The notes: generated from the sequence alone by a model not told the origin. DNA of 64,000 bases from Actinomycetes bacterium (GCA_021831035.1 JAKBNL010000006.1:37652-101651); one strand, 5' to 3'; positions 30,678 through 39,492 are shown, counted from the stretch's first letter. Numbers and translations: made by a program.

Positions 30678-32168
30678 GTGCAGAGCCGCGGACCCTCGAC
30701 GCCCGGGGCCGGCGTCGAGGTGACCGGTGACCACTACGGGGCGTCCGGCGGGTCGGGCCTCGCGCGCGGCCAGCTGCGCTTCGTGCGCACCGTGGCGCTG
30801 TCGGTGGGCATCCAGGGACCGGTGGCCGGGGTGATCGTCGGCCCGGCGATCCTCGCCGGGCTCGTCGGTGGGTCGGGGGCGCTCGCCTACCTGCTGGGCT
30901 TTGTCGCCATGTCCTTCGTGGCCTACGCCTTCGTCGTGTTCGCCCGCTCCTTCAGCTCGTCGGGGTCGATCTACGCGTTCAACTCGGCGGCGCTGGGCCC
31001 GACCTACGGATTCGTGTCGGCGTGGATACTGCTGCTCGTCTACCTCTCCTTCGCCGCCGCCGTCTACGCGAGCACCGCCGACATCGCCCAGACGCTGCTC
31101 GCGTCCTGGGGCGTGCACGTGCCGTGGGTGTGGCTCGCCCTGGCCGGCGTCGCCGTCACCATGCTCTTCGCCCACCGCTCGATCCGCTTCGCCACGACGG
31201 CGATCTTCGCCGTCGAGGGCGTCGCGGTGGTGCTCGTGAGCGTGGTGGTGGTCGCCGTCGTGGTGCGCCACGGCGTGGGCCACGCCCTCGCCCCGACCCC
31301 GTTCGGGCTGCACGGGCTCGGCCTCGGCGCGCTGGCGCTCGGCGTCGTGAACGCCTTCGGGGCCTTCAGCGGCTTCGAGGGGGCGGCGACCCTCGGCGAG
31401 GAGTCCACCGAGGCGACGCGCACCATCCCCCGGGCGATCGGCTGGTCGCTCGCGGGATCGGCTCTCGTCTACATCGTCGTCACCTGGATCGCCGACAACG
31501 CCTACCCCTCCCCGCACGCCCTCGCCGCCGACCCCGCGCCCCTCGTGCACCTGGCCGACCTCTACGTCGGGTCGTGGATGGGCACGGTGGTGAACGCCGC
31601 CGGGGTCGTGAGCGCCTTCGGCGCCCAGCTGGCCTGCGTCGTCGCGGCGAACCGGCTGATCTACGCGCTGGGGCGCGACGTGACACCCGAAGGGGGCGCG
31701 CTGCGCCGCCTCCTCACCCGCGTCCACCCCCGCTTCCGCTCGCCGTCGGGGGCGCTCGCGGTCTCGGGCACCGTGACCCTGGCGGCGCTGCTCGCCTTCT
31801 CGAAGGAGGCGAGCGCGGTGCGTGCCCTCACCCTGACCGTTGAGTTCGGCGCGTACCTCATCATCGTGGCCTACCTGCTCACCGTGGTGGCCGCCGGCGC
31901 GTGGGTGCTGCGCCGGGCCCGGCGGTCCGGCCCCGTGGTCGCCCTGGCGCTCGGGACGCTCGTCTTGGGCGTCGTCCTCTACGACACCCTCCACCCCTTC
32001 CCTCCGGCGCCCTTCGACTGGATCGTGGTGGCGGCGGGCCTGGCCGTGGCGGCCGGCCTGGTCTTGGCGTTCGCTCCGGGGGTGCGCCGGCGTCTCGCCG
32101 TCTCACCGCTGCTGGTGGCGGTCCGCCGCGCCCCGCGCCTCCCGCCGGCGGGCGCTCAGCCCGGCTGA
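30678..32168 (+). CDS. APC-family amino acid permease
   Basis: SSSGSIYAF, FSGFEGAATLGEES, about 12 TM segments, HPRFRSP. Confidence 0.9.
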   Translation: MQSRGPSTPGAGVEVTGDHYGASGGSGLARGQLRFVRTVALSVGIQGPVAGVIVGPAILAGLVGGSGALAYLLGFVAMSFVAYAFVVFARSFSSSGSIYAFNSAALGPTYGFVSAWILLLVYLSFAAAVYASTADIAQTLLASWGVHVPWVWLALAGVAVTMLFAHRSIRFATTAIFAVEGVAVVLVSVVVVAVVVRHGVGHALAPTPFGLHGLGLGALALGVVNAFGAFSGFEGAATLGEESTEATRTIPRAIGWSLAGSALVYIVVTWIADNAYPSPHALAADPAPLVHLADLYVGSWMGTVVNAAGVVSAFGAQLACVVAANRLIYALGRDVTPEGGALRRLLTRVHPRFRSPSGALAVSGTVTLAALLAFSKEASAVRALTLTVEFGAYLIIVAYLLTVVAAGAWVLRRARRSGPVVALALGTLVLGVVLYDTLHPFPPAPFDWIVVAAGLAVAAGLVLAFAPGVRRRLAVSPLLVAVRRAPRLPPAGAQPG

Positions 32169-32803
32169 GTGCCCGAGCGCCGCCGCACGGGACGACCCTC
32201 CACGGCCGGAGGACGCAGTGCCCGGGCGACGCGCGCGACTCTTTGGACGGCCGTCACCGCGACGAGGGCGGCGAAGGTCCACGCGACGGTCGTCGCCCCG
32301 GTCGGCCACGCGAGCACGACGGTGTAGGCGAGGATCGTCTCGGCCCCCTCGGCCAGTCCGCCGAGGAGGTTCACCGAGCGCTCGTCGTGGGCCACGCCGT
32401 GACGCTCGAGGATGGCCGACCCGCCGAGCAGCGCGGTGCCCGAGAGGTAGTAGGCGACCAGCAGCGCCACCGTCGCGAGGCGCGCCGCGGGCTCGACCAC
32501 GGCGACCGCCAGCGCCAGCCCGGCGTAGATCGAGAAGTCCGCGACGAGGTCGAGGTAGCCACCGAGCTCGCTCGCGCCCCGGCGGCGCGCCAGCGCCCCG
32601 TCGAGGCCGTCGAGGGCGCGGTTCGCCCACCAGGCGAGGAGCGCGAGCGGCCACAGGCGCCCGAGCGCGGCGCCGATCGCCCCGAGGCCGACCAGCCAGC
32701 CGACCGCGGTCACGGTGCCCGCCCGCGCACCGCGGCGCTCCAGCGCGCCCGCGACCCGGTCGAGGGTCGGGGCGAGACGGCGACGCAGGCGGGCGTCGAA
32801 CAT
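32156..32803 (-). CDS. CDP-alcohol phosphatidyltransferase family (YnjF-like)
   Basis: NRALDGLDGALARRRG...GGYLDLVADF (DGxxAR...GxxLD..D) and GGLAEGAETI. TGATG overlap with the radical SAM gene. Confidence 0.88.
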   Translation of the reverse strand: MFDARLRRRLAPTLDRVAGALERRGARAGTVTAVGWLVGLGAIGAALGRLWPLALLAWWANRALDGLDGALARRRGASELGGYLDLVADFSIYAGLALAVAVVEPAARLATVALLVAYYLSGTALLGGSAILERHGVAHDERSVNLLGGLAEGAETILAYTVVLAWPTGATTVAWTFAALVAVTAVQRVARVARALRPPAVEGRPVRRRSGTQPG

Positions 32804-34215
32804 CAGGCGGCCGGGGCTCCTCGACGTCGGGGCAGGGGGAGGCGCTGGGCCAGGTCGAGGTTCTCGCGCGGGTCGAGGACCCCGTGCTGCACGCAGGCCG
32901 GCACCGTGCGTCCGTCCTCGGGGTGGGCCATCAGGTAGGAGCAGGCGGCGAGGCGCTCTTGGACCGCACGGACCTCGGGATCGGCGGCGACCTCGCCGGC
33001 CTCGAGCAGCGCCCACGCCGGGGCGACCTCCGCGGCGTCCATGAACCGGTGCATCACGAAGGTCGTCAGGCGGGGCCGCTCGGCGAGCACGCGGCGCCAC
33101 CCGCCGGCCCGGCGGACCGCGCGCCGGGCCCAGGCGAGGGCCGTCCCGACGAGCCGGGGGTGGCAGAGGGCGACGGCCCCGAGGCGTAGGGCCACGAGAG
33201 GCGCCGGGGCCGAGAAGTGGAAGCCGCCGAGGTGGGCGAAGAGCGCGTCGCGGGCGGCGAGGTCCCGGGGGTCGTCCTCGTCGAGCAGGCTCACCCAGCG
33301 CTCACCCGAGTAGAAGCCCCAGGCGGTGCGGTTGCAGCGCAGGTCGCCCACCTGCAGCACCCGGTAGGGGAGGCGAGCTCCGGCCCCCTCCTCGATCCGC
33401 GCCCACACCCGGTCGGCGTCGAGGAGCGAGTAGTCCGAGCGCCACCGTCGGTCGTCGCCGACGAAGGCGGCCGGCTGGAAGGAGAACATGCCGTAGCCCA
33501 GCCCACGGGCCTCGGCGAGCAGGTCGGGGATCTGGTCAACGTTCTCGGGGGTCACGGTGACGTTGTGGGCGAGGAAGGTGCGCACGCCGCGCTCGCGCAG
33601 GCGGGCGAACATCGCGGCCACTCGCGCGCGCTCGGGGGTGAGGTCGGTCTCGCGTTCCACCCGGCGCTGGCCGCGCCGTCCGCGCATCGTCGTGTCGATG
33701 TGCACGGCGAAGGAGAGCCGCGCCAGACGTCGCCGCCCGTCGGGCCCGGTCACCAGGCGCTCGAGGTAGTCGAGGTCGATGTCCCCGTGGGAGAAGCTCA
33801 TCGGCTCGCGACCGTGGCGGCGCATGGCCAGCAGCGCCGCGGCGTGGTCGTCGGGGTCGAGCAGGGTCACCTCGCCGCCGATGAGCTGGGCGTGCGCGTG
33901 GGGCGCGCGCGCCTCGAGGAAGGCGATCTGCGACTCGACCTCGGCGAGGGTGTGGGGCCCGTCGACGCGCACGCGGTTCGCGTCCGCGGAGTGGTAGCAG
34001 GGCGTGCACGAGAAGTTGCAGCGGGGGAAGACCCCGTGGGTCCCTTCGCACTCGACGCCGAAGCGCCCCAGGGCCTGGGCGGGCGTGCGCACGTGCTCGG
34101 GCAGCTCCGCCCACCGTCGCGCGAGGGCGTCGCGCGCCGCGGGGCTGACGGGTCGCAGGGCGCCCCTCACCCGCTCGACGGCCGGCGACCACCGCCGCGC
34201 GGGCTCAGTCCTCAT
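32803..34215 (-). CDS. Radical SAM protein of unknown function
   Basis: CNFSCTPC (CxxxCxxC), LIGGEVT, SFQP, C-terminal RLAACSY...DGRTVPAC. Confidence 0.9.
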   Translation of the reverse strand: MRTEPARRWSPAVERVRGALRPVSPAARDALARRWAELPEHVRTPAQALGRFGVECEGTHGVFPRCNFSCTPCYHSADANRVRVDGPHTLAEVESQIAFLEARAPHAHAQLIGGEVTLLDPDDHAAALLAMRRHGREPMSFSHGDIDLDYLERLVTGPDGRRRLARLSFAVHIDTTMRGRRGQRRVERETDLTPERARVAAMFARLRERGVRTFLAHNVTVTPENVDQIPDLLAEARGLGYGMFSFQPAAFVGDDRRWRSDYSLLDADRVWARIEEGAGARLPYRVLQVGDLRCNRTAWGFYSGERWVSLLDEDDPRDLAARDALFAHLGGFHFSAPAPLVALRLGAVALCHPRLVGTALAWARRAVRRAGGWRRVLAERPRLTTFVMHRFMDAAEVAPAWALLEAGEVAADPEVRAVQERLAACSYLMAHPEDGRTVPACVQHGVLDPRENLDLAQRLPLPRRRGAPAA

Positions 34216-34507
34216 CGACCGCGTCGCCCTCGGCCAGGCGGGCGGCGAACGCGCGCAGCCGCTCGAGGGCGTCGCGGTCTTCGATCACGACCGGTTGGCC
34301 GTCGGGGGAGTCGTGAAGCACGTCGACGATGCGCCGGTACGTGTCGAACTCCATGCCGCAGCGCACGCAGGTCATCAGGTGCTCGCGGACCTGCGCGGCC
34401 GTGGCCGCGTCGAGCTCGCCGTCGAGGTAGTGCTGGAGCCAGCGCCCCATCGCGTGACAGGTGCGCATCTCGTCCACGGTCTCGCGCACGTGACGGAGCC
34501 TCTTCAT
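34205..34507 (-). CDS. Zinc-binding anti-sigma factor (zf-HC2/ZAS)
   Basis: YLDGEL...VREHLMTCVRC (HxxxCxxC). ATGA overlap with the sigma gene. Confidence 0.88.
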   Translation of the reverse strand: MKRLRHVRETVDEMRTCHAMGRWLQHYLDGELDAATAAQVREHLMTCVRCGMEFDTYRRIVDVLHDSPDGQPVVIEDRDALERLRAFAARLAEGDAVDED

Positions 34508-35067
34508 CGTCGGGCGCCTTTCGTCGGGGCCAGGTCGGCCAAGATGAGGTACTCGCGCACGCTGCGTCGCGCGCGGTGCAGTCGGCTCATCACCGTGCCG
34601 ACGGGGACGCCGAGCACGGCGGCGGCCTCGGCGTAGGCGAGGCCGTCGACGTCGACGAGCTCCATCACCCGCCGGCGGGCCTCGGGCAGCTCGCCCATCG
34701 CCGCGCGCACGGCGGCCGTGAAGGCGCGCGACTCGGTGAGCTCGGCCGGGTCGCTCACCCGGGTCTCGGGCACGGCCTCGGCGTCCTCGGCGCGCTCGAG
34801 GCTCTCGGGCCGACGTGCGCGGAATCGGTTGGCGCTGACGTTGCGCAAGATCGTGAAGAGCCACGCCCGGGGGTGCGCACCGTCGAAGGTGTGGATCGCC
34901 CGATAGGCGCGCAGCAGCGTCTCTTGGACCAGGTCCTCGGCGTCGTGGGGGCTCGAGCTGAGCGAGCGGGCGACCCGCAGCAGAGCCGGGAGCTCGGGCA
35001 CGACGTAGCGCGAGAAGGGGTCCGACGCACCCGCACGCTCCGCCCCGCGGTGGCCCTCGGCGTCCAT
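34504..35067 (-). CDS. ECF sigma-70 factor
   Basis: DAEDLVQETLLRAY...RAWLFTILRN (region 2); YAEAAAVLGVPVGTVMSRLHRAR (region 4). Confidence 0.93.
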   Translation of the reverse strand: MDAEGHRGAERAGASDPFSRYVVPELPALLRVARSLSSSPHDAEDLVQETLLRAYRAIHTFDGAHPRAWLFTILRNVSANRFRARRPESLERAEDAEAVPETRVSDPAELTESRAFTAAVRAAMGELPEARRRVMELVDVDGLAYAEAAAVLGVPVGTVMSRLHRARRSVREYLILADLAPTKGARR

Positions 35068-35076
35068 CACGGGTGC

Positions 35077-35102
35077 AACCCTCGCACGCACCGGTCTATT
35101 CC
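35077..35102 (-). promoter_or_regulatory. ECF promoter GGAAT-N18-GTT upstream of the sigma gene (autoregulatory)
   Basis: Minus strand GGAAT AGACCGGTGCGTGCGAGG GTT, 9 nt before ATG 35067. Confidence 0.75.
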
Positions 35103-36454
35103 CGCTGCGAGGGCCGCGCGGAGCGCCCGGCGAACTCCCCGAAGAACTGGGCCGCGGCCTGCTGGATCGCCACGGACCAGCTGGGGTAGGGGTGGGCGGT
35201 GAGGGCGAGGCGCGCGGGGTAGAGCCCGGCGCGCAGGGCCAGGGCCAGCTCGGCGATCATCTCGCCGGCCCGCGGGGCCACGATCGTCGCCCCGACCAGG
35301 CGCCCCCCGAGCCGGTGGCGCGTCAGGGGCGCCGCGACGGCGATCAACTTGACGAACCCGTCGGTCTCACCGGTGGCGCGGGCCCGGTCGACCTCGCCGA
35401 GGGGAACGAAGGCGACCCGGGCCGACGGGTCGCGGACCTCGGCCTCGGTCGCCCCTACGCGGGCCACCTCGAGGGAGCCGTAGGTGACGGCGGGCGCCCA
35501 TTCGGGGTGGGCGCGCAGGGCGGGCACCGGGCCGAGGGCGTTGAGGGCGGCCACGCGCCCCATCTCGTACGCGACGTGAGTGAGGTTCAAGGATGTCGCG
35601 ACGTCACCCGCGGCGTAGACGCCCCGGGCGGAGGTCCGCAGCCGTCGGTCGACCCGCACGTGGCCGCTTCTCTCGAGGGCGACGCCGGCGGCCTCGAGTC
35701 CGAGCCCGGCGGTCGCGGGAGCCCGTCCCAGGGCCACCAGGAGCAGGTCGCCGGTGACGGTGCGCCCGTCGACGAGGCGAACCTCGACCCCCTCGGAGTG
35801 GCGGGCCTCGCTCGCGGCGTGGCCGGTGACGACGTCGACGCCGAGCCGGGTGAGGAGGGCCGTGAGTGCGGCGCTCGCCTCGGGCTCCTCGCGCGGGAGC
35901 AGGCGGGCCGCCGCCTCGACCACCGTGACCCGGCTGCCCAGTCGGCTGAAGGCCTCGGCCATCTCGACCCCGATCGGCCCGCCGCCGAGGATGACCAGGT
36001 GCCCGGGCCGCCGGCCGATCGCGAAGAGGTCCTCGTTGGTCACGGTTCGCGGCCCGTCGAGCCCCGGGATGGGGGGCCGCACCGCGTCGGCCCCGGCGCA
36101 CAGGACGACCCGGCGTGCCGCGAGGGCCCGTCCGTCGACCTCGAGGGTCCGAGCGCCGACGAAGCGGGCGCGTTCCTCGAGCACCGTCACGCCCAGGGCC
36201 CTCAGGGTCTCGGCGCTCTCGGTCGCGGCGACCTCCTCGACGACGCGCGCGACGTCGGCCATCGCTCCGACGAAGTCCCGGCCCGCCCGCGCCGAGGCCA
36301 GGAGCGTCTTGGAGGGCACGCAGCCACGGAAGGTGCAGTCGCCCCCGAGGGGGCCGTCGTTGATGAGGGTCACCGCGGCGCCGCGGCGCCGGGCGGTCCC
36401 GGCCGCCGACAGCCCCGCCGCACCCCCGCCGACTACGACCAGATCTCGTCCCAC
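35096..36454 (-). CDS. Class I pyridine nucleotide-disulfide oxidoreductase (MerA/LPD-like, substrate unknown)
   Basis: GGGAAG, GGDCTFRGCVPSK, GGGPIGVE, YAAGDV, HPYPSWS. No C-terminal CC. Confidence 0.9.
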   Translation of the reverse strand: MGRDLVVVGGGAAGLSAAGTARRRGAAVTLINDGPLGGDCTFRGCVPSKTLLASARAGRDFVGAMADVARVVEEVAATESAETLRALGVTVLEERARFVGARTLEVDGRALAARRVVLCAGADAVRPPIPGLDGPRTVTNEDLFAIGRRPGHLVILGGGPIGVEMAEAFSRLGSRVTVVEAAARLLPREEPEASAALTALLTRLGVDVVTGHAASEARHSEGVEVRLVDGRTVTGDLLLVALGRAPATAGLGLEAAGVALERSGHVRVDRRLRTSARGVYAAGDVATSLNLTHVAYEMGRVAALNALGPVPALRAHPEWAPAVTYGSLEVARVGATEAEVRDPSARVAFVPLGEVDRARATGETDGFVKLIAVAAPLTRHRLGGRLVGATIVAPRAGEMIAELALALRAGLYPARLALTAHPYPSWSVAIQQAAAQFFGEFAGRSARPSQRE

Positions 36455-36462
36455 TATCGGGC

Positions 36463-36488
36463 AACCGTCGCCGGGGCGTCCCTATTCC
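36463..36488 (-). promoter_or_regulatory. ECF promoter GGAAT-N18-GTT
   Basis: Minus strand GGAAT AGGGACGCCCCGGCGACG GTT, 8 nt before GTG 36454. Confidence 0.75.
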
Positions 36489-36512
36489 ATTCCCGGCCCC
36501 GGCGACCGCGGG

Positions 36513-36538
36513 GGAATGGCGCGGGCGCACGCGGCGTT
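36513..36538 (+). promoter_or_regulatory. ECF promoter GGAAT-N18-GTT
   Basis: GGAAT GGCGCGGGCGCACGCGGC GTT, 8 nt before GTG 36547. Confidence 0.75.
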
Positions 36539-36546
36539 GCCCCGGT

Positions 36547-36867
36547 GTGAGTGCCCCGTCGCCTCTCGGGTCGACGCCCTCGGCGGGCGAGCGCCTCGCC
36601 TGGTCACGTCCGCGCGAGGCGCTCGCCCACCTCGTGCGGGGCCGCACGGCCCGCGTCGCCGCCCCGGTCGCGGCCGTCGTGGGTACGGTGCTCTCGGCGG
36701 CCAACGAGGGGTCGTCGATCCTGGCCGGCCGGCTCGGTACGGCGGGCGTCGCGCGCCTCGTGGTCAACTTCGTCGTCCCCTTCCTCGTGGCGAGTTGGGG
36801 CGCTCTGTCGACGCACCGGCGGGGGGTCGGGAATACGCCCGACGCCGAGCGGGTTACCGGGGCATGA
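36547..36867 (+). CDS. Small membrane protein, NrtS-like
   Basis: VAAVVGTVLSAANEG...NFVVPFLVASWG resembles the NrtS family signature. Confidence 0.65.
   Translation: MSAPSPLGSTPSAGERLAWSRPREALAHLVRGRTARVAAPVAAVVGTVLSAANEGSSILAGRLGTAGVARLVVNFVVPFLVASWGALSTHRRGVGNTPDAERVTGA
36830..36855 (+). promoter_or_regulatory. ECF promoter GGAAT-N18-GTT upstream of thioredoxin
   Basis: GGAAT ACGCCCGACGCCGAGCGG GTT, 8 nt before ATG 36864. Confidence 0.75.
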
Positions 36868-37199
36868 GCACTATCACCCACGCCAACGACCGCTTCAGCT
36901 TCGAGCGCGACGTCCTGACCTCGCCGGTCCCGGTCGTCGTCGACTTCTGGGCCGGCTGGTGCGGCCCGTGCCGACTGGTCGCCCCGGAGCTCGAGCGGCT
37001 CGCCGCGAGCCACGGCGAGGCGGTGCGCGTCGTCAAGGTCGACGTCGACCGCAACGGCGAGGTCGCCGCCGAGTACGGGATCCAGTCGATCCCGACCATC
37101 GCCCTGTTCCGGGCGGGCCGCTGGATCGCCTCGAGCGTCGGCGCGAAGCCGGCCCGCGACATCGAGCGCGACCTGGGACTCGTCTCCGCCGAGGCGTGA
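36864..37199 (+). CDS. trxA: Thioredoxin
   Basis: VVVDFWAGWCGPC, KVDVD, YGIQSIPT. Buried inside longer shadow ORFs in the track. Confidence 0.95.
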   Translation: MSTITHANDRFSFERDVLTSPVPVVVDFWAGWCGPCRLVAPELERLAASHGEAVRVVKVDVDRNGEVAAEYGIQSIPTIALFRAGRWIASSVGAKPARDIERDLGLVSAEA

Positions 37200-37951
37200 G
37201 CACGCCGGGCGCGACCGGCCTCGCCGGCGCGCTGATCGAGGTGCCCTGCGTGTCGGCGAGCCAGATGCGCCGGGTCGGCGAGGTGGCGGTGCGTCGCTAC
37301 CACGTCCGCGTCATCCAGATGATGGAGAACGCCGGACGGGCGCTCGCGGACCTCGTCGGCGAGCGGCTGTCGCCCCGGAGCGTCGTGGTCCTCGCGGGCA
37401 CCGGGCACAACGGGGGCGGGGGGCTCGTCGGCGCGCGCCACCTCGCCAACCGCGGGGTCGAGGTGAGCGTCGTCACCGACCCCGACGCCCGCCGCGCCCC
37501 GCTCACCGCGCACCAGCTGCGCGCCCTCGTGGCGAGCGGCGTCGAGGTCACCGACCGACCGCGGCTCGCCAGCGACGTGGTGATCGACGCGCTCGTCGGG
37601 TACTCGCTCGCCGGACCCCTGCGCGGGCGGACCGCCGACTGGTCGCGCTGGACCCGCCGCCAGGGGGCACCGGTCGTCGCGCTCGACCCGCCGACCGGGC
37701 TCGACGCCACGACGGGCGTCCTCGACCCGACGGCCACCCACGCCGACCTCACCGCGACCCTGGTCCTGCCCAAGCGGGGGATGGTCGATCGGCCCGAGGT
37801 CGGCGAGGTGCACCTGGTCGACGTGGGCGTCCCGCGGGCCGCGCTCGCCGCCGCCGGGCTCGACGCGCCCGCGCTCGCCGTCCGCGGCGCTACCGTGACG
37901 CTGACGGCCGTGCCCGGAGGGTTCGCCGCCGTGGGGGAGGTCGCGCGGTGA
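37196..37951 (+). CDS. nnrE: NAD(P)H-hydrate epimerase (stand-alone YjeF_N/NnrE)
   Basis: MMENAGRA, LAGTGHNGGGG..ARHL, IDALVGY, ALDPPTG, LPK. GTGA overlap with trxA. Confidence 0.82.
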   Translation: MSTPGATGLAGALIEVPCVSASQMRRVGEVAVRRYHVRVIQMMENAGRALADLVGERLSPRSVVVLAGTGHNGGGGLVGARHLANRGVEVSVVTDPDARRAPLTAHQLRALVASGVEVTDRPRLASDVVIDALVGYSLAGPLRGRTADWSRWTRRQGAPVVALDPPTGLDATTGVLDPTATHADLTATLVLPKRGMVDRPEVGEVHLVDVGVPRAALAAAGLDAPALAVRGATVTLTAVPGGFAAVGEVAR

Positions 37952-38250
37952 GGGTGGACCTGATCTACGACGACGACTGCCCCAACTGGCGCACGGTCGC
38001 CGACGAACTCACCGAGCTGCTCGGCGAGTGCGACTTCACCCTCGAGCTGCGCGAGTCCTCGTCCCTCGATCCGACCCTCGCCGCCCGGTACCGGGGCTCC
38101 CCGACGATCCTCGTCGACGGGCGTGACCCCTTCGTCGGCGAGGGCGAGCCCGTCGGGGCGGCCTGTCGGATCTACCGGACCCCGCGGGGCCCGGCCGGGG
38201 CACCGACCCTCGAGCAGCTGCGCGACGCGCTGGGCGCGCGGGGGCGCTGA
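37948..38250 (+). CDS. Small thioredoxin-like protein (CPN...GSPT..DG.DPF...CRIY type, often mer-operon associated)
   Basis: YDDDCPNW, YRGSPTILVDGRDPF, ACRIY, GAPT. Confidence 0.7.
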   Translation: MRVDLIYDDDCPNWRTVADELTELLGECDFTLELRESSSLDPTLAARYRGSPTILVDGRDPFVGEGEPVGAACRIYRTPRGPAGAPTLEQLRDALGARGR

Positions 38251-38251
38251 C

Positions 38252-38608
38252 GTGGACCGGGGCCGCGCACCGCGCACCGAGGATGTCCTCGAGCAGCCGG
38301 AGGCCGTCGCCGAGGCGCCGGTCGGCGTGCGTCTGGGCGAGGGGGTCGCCGAGCTCGCGGCGGCGCGCGGGGGCGTCATCTACCTGCGCCTGCGCGAGTC
38401 GCGCTGCTGTTCGGGGACCCTCGCCTTCCTCGACGCGGTGACCGAGCCCCCCGCCCGCGCGGATGCCGAGCGCGCCTGGCTCGTCGAGGGCGTCGAGGTC
38501 CGTCTCGTGAGCGCGCTTCGCCGTCCTCCCGTTGAGATCGCCATCGAGCGGCGCGGGCGCCGGGGCCGCCTCGTCGCCCTGTGGGACGGCTGCGCGTACC
38601 GACTCTGA
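38252..38608 (+). CDS. Small hypothetical protein with vicinal Cys
   Basis: GGVIYL..ESRCCSG and C-terminal WDGCAY. GTG directly follows the preceding stop. Confidence 0.6.
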   Translation: MDRGRAPRTEDVLEQPEAVAEAPVGVRLGEGVAELAAARGGVIYLRLRESRCCSGTLAFLDAVTEPPARADAERAWLVEGVEVRLVSALRRPPVEIAIERRGRRGRLVALWDGCAYRL

Positions 38609-38612
38609 CCCC

Positions 38613-39479
38613 CTAGTCCCTCGCGGCCCCGGGTCGGTGCTCGTGCGGGGCGAGTCGCGCCGTCACCTCGGCGGTGGTCCCGGGCCGGTCGAGCCAGGCC
38701 GCCGTCTGCTCTCGGGCCCGCTCGATCAGCTCGCTCGTGCGGGTGAAGTCCAGCGGGGAGACGGCGAGCGGGCAGAGTGGGGGCATGACGCGCAGGTCCA
38801 GCGTCCCCGCGTGGCGTTCGACGTCCTCGCGGAGGCGGCGTTGGATCAAGAGGGTGAGCGAGTGGAAGGCGACCCCGAGCGCGCTGCGCGGCGTGGCGCC
38901 CGCGGCGCAGGCGAAGCCCGTGGCCAGCACGTAGACCGCCGTCGCCCCGAGCTCGAGGGCGTGAGAGATTGGGGCGTTGTTGGCCACGCCGCCGTCGACG
39001 TGGGGGTGGCCGTCGATCCACACCGGCGGGAAGACCCCCGGGAGGGCGGCGCTCGCCATGACGGCCTCGACGATCGGGCCGCGGGTGATGAGCGTCTCGG
39101 CGCCGTTGTCGAGGGCGACGGCTACGACCGCGAGGGGAGTCGCGGACCCCTCCACCCGCGTCGACCCGAAGCTCTCGTCGAGGAGACGGCGCAGCCCGTG
39201 AGGGTCGACCAGGTGATCGGCCCGTCCGGCGATCCCCCGCAGACCGACGAGCAGCCGGCCCGGGAAGATGTGCTCTCGACGGACCCGGCACCAGACGCGC
39301 GCCAGCTCCTCGACCCCCGCGGGTCCGGGGTGCGTGGCCACCCACGCGGCGTTGATGGCCCCGATCGAGGTTCCGAGCACGAGGTCGGGCTCGACGCCGC
39401 GCTCGGCGAGGGCGCCGAGCATCCCCACCTGGACGGCGCCGAGGCTGCCGCCCCCGGTGAGGACGAACGCGGTCGTCAC
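38613..39479 (-). CDS. Patatin-like phospholipase
   Basis: GGGSLG, GTSIG nucleophile elbow, DGG. Confidence 0.92.
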   Translation of the reverse strand: MTTAFVLTGGGSLGAVQVGMLGALAERGVEPDLVLGTSIGAINAAWVATHPGPAGVEELARVWCRVRREHIFPGRLLVGLRGIAGRADHLVDPHGLRRLLDESFGSTRVEGSATPLAVVAVALDNGAETLITRGPIVEAVMASAALPGVFPPVWIDGHPHVDGGVANNAPISHALELGATAVYVLATGFACAAGATPRSALGVAFHSLTLLIQRRLREDVERHAGTLDLRVMPPLCPLAVSPLDFTRTSELIERAREQTAAWLDRPGTTAEVTARLAPHEHRPGAARD

Positions 39480-39492
39480 GGCGTCGCCGTCG

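Noticed and set aside
35096-36454. Mercuric reductase merA call
   Set aside because: No C-terminal vicinal cysteines, no NmerA domain, and no merR, merT or merB nearby.
37948-38608. Selenoproteins among the small Cys proteins
   Set aside because: All motif cysteines are TGC/TGT; there is no in-frame TGA at those positions.
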